Position numbers and translations under genes: made by a program
The notes under the pieces: model-generated
What the model saw: only the letters and a program-made list of their open reading frames with translations
What the model was told of the DNA's origin: nothing
Databases searched by the model: none
From: Escherichia coli
Lineage (GTDB): Bacteria; Pseudomonadota; Gammaproteobacteria; Enterobacterales; Enterobacteriaceae
Length of the DNA stretch: 64,000 nucleotides
NCBI RefSeq assembly: GCF_024223415.1
Contig: NZ_CP100500.1
Direction: 5' to 3' (one strand)
Shown here: positions 38,248 to 45,255 of the stretch, piece by piece
Layout: every line of letters starts with the position of its first letter
Position numbering within the stretch: the first letter of the stretch is position 1

Positions 38248-38682
38248 ATGATTGATAAAGCTTGTTTTGTAAGTCAGCAGGAAATAGCTGAACATTTCAA
38301 TGTTAACAGAACCACTATTCGCGCATGGACCAAACAGGGGATGCCGTATCTTAATGCGGATCGCGGAAAGTCTGGCGGTTATCACATCGGGCATACATTG
38401 TTTTGGTATTCAGGTAAAAGCCATCTTCAGACCATCGGATATCACGTAGAAACCAGTGCGCTGGAAAAAATTATGTTTGCCAGGCTGCTTTCATCTGAGC
38501 GTGACGAGTACTCCAGTGAAGAAACAGAACATCGATTTGATGAAGGTTTGCAGATTTACGGCTATTCACCGGAAGATGTGAGCAAGGCACGAAATAAAAT
38601 GGCTGGCTTTCTGGCTGGGTGGCGTCATGCCGTAAGCGTTCGCCGTGCCAGCATGGAGCAATCAGCCGATACAGAACAGTAA
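38248..38682 (+). CDS. Small terminase subunit, lambda Nu1-like (winged HTH N-terminus)
   Basis: VSQQEIAEHFNVNRTTIRAWTKQGMPYLNADRGKSGGYHIGHTLFWY parallels Nu1 KKQLADIFGASIRTIQNWQEQGMPVLRGGGKGNEVLYDSAAVIKWY. It lies just downstream of cos site 1, as Nu1 does in lambda. Confidence 0.75.
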   Translation: MIDKACFVSQQEIAEHFNVNRTTIRAWTKQGMPYLNADRGKSGGYHIGHTLFWYSGKSHLQTIGYHVETSALEKIMFARLLSSERDEYSSEETEHRFDEGLQIYGYSPEDVSKARNKMAGFLAGWRHAVSVRRASMEQSADTEQ

Positions 38683-38720
38683 AGCCGATAACTTGTTAAT
38701 CACGCGCAGCAATGCGTGTG

Positions 38721-38847
38721 ATTTTTGCACACTTCCGGTTAACGGGTACGATGTCCGGTTTGTTTGTACATTTTTTGCACATGTCCGGTTCGCAGAAAGC
38801 ATGTTTTTATATTTTTCAGATAGTTAACTTGCAGAGAAACCGGACAT
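38721..38847 (-). promoter_or_regulatory. cosB-like array of small-terminase binding-site candidates (ATGTCCGGTT repeats) belonging to cos site 2
   Basis: TTCCGGTT at 38733-38740. ATGTCCGGTT at 38751-38760 and 38781-38790. An inverted AACCGGACAT at 38838-38847. An AT-rich spacer at 38800-38830. Two copies carry the extended motif TTTTTGCACA. Confidence 0.6.
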
Positions 38848-38850
38848 GGA

Positions 38851-38930
38851 TCCCGAAAAATTTTCATAAATAGTGAAAACGCGCGGGTTCGACGCCCCGT
38901 AACGGGCCATAATTCCAGAAGGACCCGACG
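38851..38930 (-). other. cos site 2 (minus orientation): second lambda-like cosQ-cosN, convergent with cos site 1
   Basis: The minus strand reads gggtccttctgg...cccgttacGGGCGTCGAACCcgcgcgttttcactatttatgaaaattttt. The overhang equivalent is at 38886-38897 (9/12 to lambda). An 18-nt core (38889-38906) is identical to 38138-38155. Confidence 0.75.
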
Positions 38931-38960
38931 ACACCAGACTATCAGAGCGATGGGGGCACA

Positions 38961-39242
38961 ATGACAGAAGCCGAACTACTGGGATTAATCCGCCGCGTTA
39001 CCGGAATCAGCCAGCAGCATGACGAACAGGCCACGCAGCCGGACAGCGTGACCGCCGAAAATTATGTGCGTGTTGTTGCGGAGGTGATGCGCCGTGACGG
39101 TATTGAGCTTAACGGCGTGGATATGCGCGACATACGGATCCGCGTTCTGGAAATGCTGGCATACCGTCGCCGCGTGCAGACGTACAGGGAAAAAGCAAAA
39201 ATAACGTACCACTGGAAGAAGCCGGAACGACTGCGTACGTAA
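38961..39242 (+). CDS. Hypothetical 93-aa protein
   Basis: ORF with a GGGGG RBS. It ends in the palindrome CGTACGTA-A-TACGTACG (39233-39249). Confidence 0.45.
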   Translation: MTEAELLGLIRRVTGISQQHDEQATQPDSVTAENYVRVVAEVMRRDGIELNGVDMRDIRIRVLEMLAYRRRVQTYREKAKITYHWKKPERLRT

Positions 39243-39261
39243 TACGTACGGACATCGAGAT

Positions 39262-39506
39262 AACGCAAAATTGCGCTGGCTACATCCCTCACATCTGAGG
39301 ACTGATAACAAGCTGCCTGAAAGACAGTCACAAACTACGAAATTTTCGCAGTTTAATTAATGGTCAGCTTAATCGCTAACCCGCTGATATTTTCGGAAAC
39401 ATCAATTTGAGGAAGTCGGCGCGGTAACTCGCTGAACTTAAAGCAAAGCGCAAAATTGCGCTGATTACTGGTTGGAATTGTTCCAGAGTGCAAATTTGCA
39501 CTCTGG
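39262..39506. repeat. Set of related inverted repeats (GCGCAA-AA-TTGCGC type) plus a 24-bp perfect palindrome
   Basis: aacgcaaaattgcgct at 39262-39277, agcgcaaaattgcgct at 39447-39462, and ccagagtgcaaatttgcactctgg at 39483-39506. Confidence 0.7.
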
Positions 39507-39667
39507 CCTAACCCGTTGATTATTTCGAAAACCTGCAATGCAGGAAATCGGGGAAGTAAGCCTAAGCTATTGATTGTTTCGAAAACCACCATTGGGGGAT
39601 GTCGGGAAAGTAAGACTAACCCATTGATTCTTCCACAATCCTCAATGTGAGGAGGCCGGACATCGTG
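39376..39667. repeat. Four degenerate ~54-bp repeat units (three in exact tandem phase) in the right arm of the island
   Basis: Units start at 39376, 39508, 39562 and 39616. Consensus is CTAACCCnTTGATTnTTTCGAAAAC plus a short hairpin plus GTCGG..AGTAAG. Confidence 0.75.
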
Positions 39668-39820
39668 ACAGAGCGTGACAACCAGGTAACTAATCTCGCT
39701 GGTGGGCGTGATGTCGATATGGTGATCCCCATAACGGGTTATCCGTGATCATCCACCAGCTTCATGGCAGATAGCCGGAAAATGATAACGGTTAAGCAAA
39801 ACTGCCAGCAAATTTCCCTT

Positions 39821-39894
39821 TTGTTTGTTATTGTTCGTCGTTGTTCGTAGAGCTTCAACAAAATGTGTGGTCAGTTGTGTGGTCAGTTTTGAGG
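39821..39894 (+). repeat. Right-arm copy of the ~75-bp repeat shared by both island arms
   Basis: 39831-39890 is identical to 28653-28712. Confidence 0.8.
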
Positions 39895-39953
39895 TTTTTA
39901 ATTCTTATGTGCTGAAAAACTTATTAATTATCAACTGATAACAAAAATTAGTA

Positions 39954-39967
39954 AGAAATACCCGTAT
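39954..39967 (+). repeat. attR core (direct repeat copy 2)
   Basis: agaaatacccgtat is identical to 28544-28557. Confidence 0.8.
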
Positions 39968-40048
39968 CACCTGATCTGGATAATGCCAGCGTAGGGAAGT
40001 CACGGACCACCAGGTCATTGCTTCTTCACGTTATGGCAGGAGCAAACT
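39954..40048 (+). promoter_or_regulatory. 3' half of the thiM TPP riboswitch aptamer plus its expression platform
   Basis: agaaatacccgtatcacctgatctggataatgccagcgtagggaagtcacgg...ggcaggagcaaact continues the thiM aptamer exactly where 28557 stops and runs to the thiM ATG. Confidence 0.88.
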
Positions 40049-40837
40049 ATGCAAGTCGACCTGCTGGGTTCAGCGCAATCTGCGCACGCGTTACACCTTT
40101 TTCACCAACATTCCCCTCTTGTGCACTGCATGACCAATGATGTGGTGCAAACCTTTACCGCCAATACCTTGCTGGCGCTCGGTGCATCGCCAGCGATGGT
40201 TATCGAAACCGAAGAGGCCAGTCAGTTTGCGGCTATCGCCAGTGCCTTGTTGATTAACGTTGGCACACTGACGCAGCCACGCGCTCAGGCGATGCGTGCT
40301 GCCGTTGAGCAAGCAAAAAGCTCTCAAACACCCTGGACGCTTGATCCAGTAGCGGTGGGTGCGCTCGATTATCGCCGCCATTTTTGTCATGAACTTTTAT
40401 CTTTTAAACCGGCAGCGATACGTGGTAATGCTTCGGAAATCATGGCATTAGCTGGCATTGCTAATGGCGGACGGGGAGTGGATACCACTGACGCCGCAGC
40501 TAACGCGATACCCGCTGCACAAACACTGGCACGGGAAACTGGCGCAATCGTCGTGGTCACTGGCGAGATGGATTATGTTACCGATGGACATCGTATCATT
40601 GGTATTCACGGTGGTGATCCGTTAATGACCAAAGTGGTAGGAACTGGCTGTGCATTATCGGCGGTTGTCGCTGCCTGCTGTGCGTTACCAGGCGATACGC
40701 TGGAAAATGTCGCATCTGCCTGTCACTGGATGAAACAAGCCGGAGAACGCGCAGTCGCCAGAAGCGAGGGGCCAGGCAGTTTTGTTCCACATTTCCTTGA
40801 TGCGCTCTGGCAATTGACGCAGGAGGTGCAGGCATGA
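40049..40837 (+). CDS. thiM: Hydroxyethylthiazole kinase
   Basis: 262 aa, [32 protein letters not shown], in the K-12 position. Confidence 0.95.
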
Positions 40838-41634
40838 AACGAATTAACGCTCTGACGATTGCCGGTACTGATCCGAGTGGTGGTGCGGGGATTCAGGCCG
40901 ATCTTAAAACCTTCTCGGCACTTGGCGCTTATGGTTGCTCAGTTATTACTGCACTGGTGGCGCAAAATACCCGTGGCGTACAGTCGGTGTATCGCATTGA
41001 GCCTGATTTTGTCGCCGCCCAGCTCGATTCGGTGTTCAGCGATGTGCGAATCGATACCACTAAAATCGGTATGCTGGCGGAAACCGATATTGTTGAAGCG
41101 GTGGCAGAACGGTTGCAACGTTATCAGATCCAAAACGTGGTACTCGACACCGTTATGCTGGCAAAAAGCGGCGACCCGCTGCTTTCACCTTCGGCGGTTG
41201 CTACGCTGCGCAGTCGATTATTGCCACAGGTTTCATTAATAACGCCAAACTTGCCCGAAGCTGCCGCCTTGCTCGACGCGCCACACGCGCGCACCGAACA
41301 GGAAATGCTGGAACAAGGGCGATCGCTGTTGGCGATGGGCTGTGGCGCAGTGCTAATGAAAGGTGGTCATCTGGATGATGAGCAAAGCCCGGACTGGCTG
41401 TTTACCCGCGAGGGTGAACAACGGTTTACCGCACCGCGCATTATGACCAAAAACACCCACGGCACTGGTTGTACACTCTCTGCGGCGTTGGCTGCACTAC
41501 GCCCGCGCCATACAAACTGGGCTGACACCGTACAGGAGGCAAAAAGCTGGCTTTCATCGGCGTTAGCCCAGGCCGACACGCTGGAAGTTGGTCACGGTAT
41601 TGGTCCGGTTCACCACTTCCACGCCTGGTGGTGA
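40834..41634 (+). CDS. thiD: Hydroxymethylpyrimidine/phosphomethylpyrimidine kinase
   Basis: 266 aa, [29 protein letters not shown] overlap with thiM. Confidence 0.95.
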
Positions 41635-41698
41635 GCACCGTACTATAGCTGCTTTGGTTATTGTCAGCCTTTGGCACTGACATTCAGGGATGAAACCA

Positions 41699-42517
41699 AT
41701 GCAGCTAAGAATTACCAGTCGAAAAAAACTCACCTCTCTATTATGCGCTCTTGGGCTAATTTCCATCGTTGCAATTTATCCGCGTCAGACGGTGAATTTT
41801 TTCTATTCGACAGCAGTTCAGATTACAGACTACATCCACTTCTACGGTTATCGCCCGGTTAAATCTTTCGCTATTCGCATTCCTGCCAGTTACACCATTC
41901 ACGGAATAGATGTTTCGCGCTGGCAGGAGCGGATCGACTGGCAGCGGGTGGCAAAAATGCGCGACAACGGTATCCGCTTACAGTTTGCTTTTATTAAGGC
42001 GACGGAAGGCGAAAAGCTGGTGGACCCCTATTTTTCGCGTAACTGGCAACTAAGCCGCGAAAATGGCCTGCTGCGTGGGGCGTATCATTATTTCTCCCCG
42101 TCGGTATCCGCTTCAGTTCAGGCGAGATTATTTCTGCAAACGGTGGATTTCTCACAAGGCGATTTCCCTGCCGTGCTGGACGTAGAAGAACGGGGAAAAT
42201 TATCGGCAAAAGAATTACGCAAGCGGGTAAGTCAGTGGCTAAAAATGGTCGAAAAAAGTACGGGGAAAAAGCCGATTATTTACTCAGGAGCCGTTTTTTA
42301 TCACACCAATCTGGCGGGCTATTTCAATGAATATCCGTGGTGGGTGGCTCACTACTATCAACGTCGTCCGGACAATGACGGAATGGCCTGGCGCTTCTGG
42401 CAGCATTCCGACCGTGGACAGGTAGATGGCATCAATGGTCCGGTGGATTTTAATGTATTTAATGGCACGGTGGAGGAGTTGCAGGCATTCGTTGATGGGA
42501 TTAAAGAAACGCCTTAA
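41699..42517 (+). CDS. yegX: YegX, GH25 (lysozyme-like) family protein
   Basis: GIDVSRWQ...DWQRV and FAFIKATEG motifs are typical of GH25 muramidases. The start is ambiguous (41690 or 41699). Confidence 0.8.
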   Translation: MQLRITSRKKLTSLLCALGLISIVAIYPRQTVNFFYSTAVQITDYIHFYGYRPVKSFAIRIPASYTIHGIDVSRWQERIDWQRVAKMRDNGIRLQFAFIKATEGEKLVDPYFSRNWQLSRENGLLRGAYHYFSPSVSASVQARLFLQTVDFSQGDFPAVLDVEERGKLSAKELRKRVSQWLKMVEKSTGKKPIIYSGAVFYHTNLAGYFNEYPWWVAHYYQRRPDNDGMAWRFWQHSDRGQVDGINGPVDFNVFNGTVEELQAFVDGIKETP

Positions 42518-42568
42518 ATAAGAAGCAGTGATATACTCCCACCAGACTCCCCGGCAGGAAAAAGACAA

Positions 42569-43315
42569 ATGGAACAAGCGCATACCCAGCTGATTGCCCA
42601 ACTGAACGAGCGTATTTTAGCGGCGGATAACACGCCGCTTTATATTAAGTTTGCCGAAACGGTAAAAAATGCCGTGCGCAGCGGGGTGCTGGAGCATGGC
42701 AATATTTTGCCCGGTGAGCGTGATTTAAGTCAGTTAACCGGCGTTTCGCGCATTACGGTGCGCAAGGCGATGCAGGCGCTGGAAGAAGAGGGTGTGGTGA
42801 CGCGTTCGCGCGGTTACGGCACGCAGATCAACAACATCTTCGAATACTCGTTGAAAGAAGCGCGAGGTTTTTCTCAGCAGGTGGTATTGCGCGGGAAAAA
42901 GCCCGATACGCTATGGGTTAACAAGCGTGTCGTGAAATGTCCCGAAGAAGTCGCGCAGCAGCTGGCGGTCGAAGCAGGAAGTGATGTCTTTTTGCTTAAG
43001 CGTATTCGCTATGTCGATGAAGAAGCGGTATCGATTGAGGAATCGTGGGTTCCGGCGCATTTAATTCATGATGTTGATGCCATCGGGATTTCACTTTATG
43101 ACTATTTCCGCAGCCAGCACATTTACCCACAACGTACGCGTTCCCGCGTTAGCGCCCGGATGCCAGATGCCGAGTTTCAGTCACATATTCAGTTAGATAG
43201 CAAAATACCGGTGCTGGTGATCAAGCAAGTGGCGCTTGACCAACAGCAACGGCCTATTGAATACAGCATTAGCCACTGTCGCAGCGATCTATACGTTTTT
43301 GTGTGCGAGGAGTAG
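42569..43315 (+). CDS. yegW: GntR/HutC-family transcriptional regulator YegW
   Basis: 248 aa with an N-terminal GntR wHTH (LPGERDLSQLTGVSRITVRKAMQAL) and a UTRA-like C-terminus. Confidence 0.88.
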   Translation: MEQAHTQLIAQLNERILAADNTPLYIKFAETVKNAVRSGVLEHGNILPGERDLSQLTGVSRITVRKAMQALEEEGVVTRSRGYGTQINNIFEYSLKEARGFSQQVVLRGKKPDTLWVNKRVVKCPEEVAQQLAVEAGSDVFLLKRIRYVDEEAVSIEESWVPAHLIHDVDAIGISLYDYFRSQHIYPQRTRSRVSARMPDAEFQSHIQLDSKIPVLVIKQVALDQQQRPIEYSISHCRSDLYVFVCEE

Positions 43316-44254
43316 TTCCTCGCGCGTTGGCGCACAATCACCGCCCCGATGCCCGACAACCCACGACGCCACTGCATTGCCCAGTAATACGGCATCCGCC
43401 AGTGGCAGACCAGAGGCCAGCCCGGCAAGTACGCCACCGGCATGACTGTCGCCCGCCCCAATGGTGTCGACAACTTGCGTTGGAAATGCCGGAATGCAGC
43501 CAGAAGCGTCGTTGCTGAAATACCATGCGCCTTCTTTATCGAGACGAACGATCAACGGCGCGGCAAATTTCTCCTGCCATTGTTTGCCAAGTGTTGTTAT
43601 CTCTGCGGATAAAGCAAAACGTTCGGCGGCAATCTCAGCCTCTTGACGATTGAGCGACACTAAAGGTCGACAGGCCATGATCCGCGCCAGTAATGCATCC
43701 GGGATATCGCCAATACGTGGGCCAAAATCGATAAACGGCGTCACGTCTTGCAGCTTTTCCAGCCATTCCACTAATAATTCGCCGCAGGGCGAGGCCAGTT
43801 GATAACCGGAAAAATAGAGCAGGCTGCCAGGCGCAACGGTTAATCGCGCCAGACACTGGCGATTCCACTGATTTTCCACACCGCTGAATGACATAAAAGT
43901 GCGTTCGCCATCCGGCTCAACCAGCGCCAGACACCAGCCGTTATCACCTTCGGCGTTATCGATCAGGCTGATTAAGCCCTCTTTTGCCATCCGGTTGCGA
44001 ATAATCTCCGCCCACACGCCCTGACCGAGCGGCAAGGCATTACCCGCTTCGATGCCGAGGCGCTTTAACGCCACGGCAATATTCAGTGCGCAGCCGCCAA
44101 CGTTAACGCTCTGCTGTTTCAGTTCGATATCGCACCCACGCCAGGGGAGGGCATAAGCGTCGGCGATCACGTCAATGACCGCCGCGCCGACGACCATCAC
44201 CGACTGACGCGTGGTTAATTCAGGCAGCAGCGTGTGTAATCGAGCGCCGCTCAT
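43289..44254 (-). CDS. yegV: PfkB-family sugar/nucleoside kinase YegV
   Basis: 321 aa with the C-terminal motif DTIGAGDSHAGG. Convergent overlap with yegW. Confidence 0.88.
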   Translation of the reverse strand: MSGARLHTLLPELTTRQSVMVVGAAVIDVIADAYALPWRGCDIELKQQSVNVGGCALNIAVALKRLGIEAGNALPLGQGVWAEIIRNRMAKEGLISLIDNAEGDNGWCLALVEPDGERTFMSFSGVENQWNRQCLARLTVAPGSLLYFSGYQLASPCGELLVEWLEKLQDVTPFIDFGPRIGDIPDALLARIMACRPLVSLNRQEAEIAAERFALSAEITTLGKQWQEKFAAPLIVRLDKEGAWYFSNDASGCIPAFPTQVVDTIGAGDSHAGGVLAGLASGLPLADAVLLGNAVASWVVGHRGGDCAPTREELLLAHKNV

Positions 44255-45255
44255 ACCGCCTCCCGTTGTTGACGATATTTCGCCAGCGCTGTGGCATAGC
44301 GGTTGAAATCAAGCTGATTTACCGCATCCAGCTCCGCCTTTAACGCAGGATCGATAGCGTTAATGCCATGCAACGCGCCGCAGATTGCCGTCGCCATAGC
44401 ACCGATGGTGTCTGTATCGCCGCCAAGGTTAGCGCACAGTACGGCGCAACGGTTCGGGTCGGTTTGTGCCAGTTCAACCAGCGCAATGGCGCACGGAACG
44501 GACTCAATAGTGCTGGTACCTGCGCCAACGACCTGGTAAAGCTGTTCGCTGGCGGATTCGGTGCCGTCGGCATTGCGCACAATTTTCAGCGCAATCTCCA
44601 ACCGCGCTGCCAGTGAGGCGCTGAACGTAGTGATGCGTTTTTGCTGTGCATGTCGCGCAATTGAAGGCAGGGAATCAACAATCGCTGACCAGCTTTCTCC
44701 GTCAATGGCACGAGAAATCGCCCATGCGATGACTACCGCGCCTGCAACCGCCAGATCGGATTTATGGGTCGGGCTGGACGCCAGCGCTACATCATCAATA
44801 AAGGAATCAACATCACGCGCCGGAAGCAAACAACCTAATGGCGAGACGCGCATCGCTGCGCCGTTGGTCACGCCGTTGTTTTCCAGTTCAGCAACGGGTT
44901 TACCGTCGCGAATGGCGTTAAGCGCAATCTTCGAGGTCGGACCTAGTACGTTTTTGTTAAAGGCGTCGAAACGCAGCGCCCAGTCGAGAATATTACGCCC
45001 AATCAGATCCGGATCGATCTTGCCTTCACGTTCCAGTAACGCATCCGCCAGACACAGCGCCATCGAGGTATCGTCGGTGAATTCGGCGCGGTTAAAATAA
45101 CAGGCCGCGTTATTCTCCTTTGGTCCAGGAAGAAAACGGTCAATCCAGCCAAAGTGTGCTTTAACGCGGCTGCGTGGCCAAAGCTCGGAGGGCATCCCCA
45201 TCGCATCCCCTAACGCCTGCCCATAAAGAGCACCGAGAATACGTTCTGTTTTCAT
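44251..45255 (-). CDS. yegU: ADP-ribosylglycohydrolase-family protein YegU
   Basis: 334 aa with GALYGQALGDAMGMPSE and GGDTDTIGAM motifs. Confidence 0.88.
   Translation of the reverse strand: MKTERILGALYGQALGDAMGMPSELWPRSRVKAHFGWIDRFLPGPKENNAACYFNRAEFTDDTSMALCLADALLEREGKIDPDLIGRNILDWALRFDAFNKNVLGPTSKIALNAIRDGKPVAELENNGVTNGAAMRVSPLGCLLPARDVDSFIDDVALASSPTHKSDLAVAGAVVIAWAISRAIDGESWSAIVDSLPSIARHAQQKRITTFSASLAARLEIALKIVRNADGTESASEQLYQVVGAGTSTIESVPCAIALVELAQTDPNRCAVLCANLGGDTDTIGAMATAICGALHGINAIDPALKAELDAVNQLDFNRYATALAKYRQQREAV

Larger units (their letters stand above)
28544..39967 (+). mobile_element. Integrated phage-satellite-like island (~11.4 kb) with int, alpA, replicase/ori, ssb, lambda-like capsid/decoration/small-terminase genes and cos sites
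   Basis: Bounded by the 14-bp direct repeat agaaatacccgtat (28544-28557 and 39954-39967). The flanks re-join into a contiguous thiM leader. The integrase lies at the left end, and the gene content is listed below. Confidence 0.88.

Noticed and set aside
39353-39592. 79-aa minus-strand ORF in the island's right arm
   Set aside because: The protein simply echoes the 54-bp DNA repeats (VFETINSLG / VFEIINGLG). It has no RBS and is best explained as a non-coding repeat array.
39376-39667. Possible mini-CRISPR array (regular ~54-bp period with a conserved 25-nt block)
   Set aside because: The repeats are too divergent from one another. The supposed spacers are themselves related (shared CAAT, GTCGG and AGTAAG). 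The period is shorter than known E. coli arrays, and no cas genes or leader are nearby.
39700-39967. Remnant of a second, tandemly integrated island, suggested by the duplicated int-proximal 60-bp segment at the right end
   Set aside because: A tandem insertion would leave a third copy of the 14-bp core (agaaatacccgtat) to the left of 39821, and none is present. Arm-type sites on both sides of attP are the simpler explanation.
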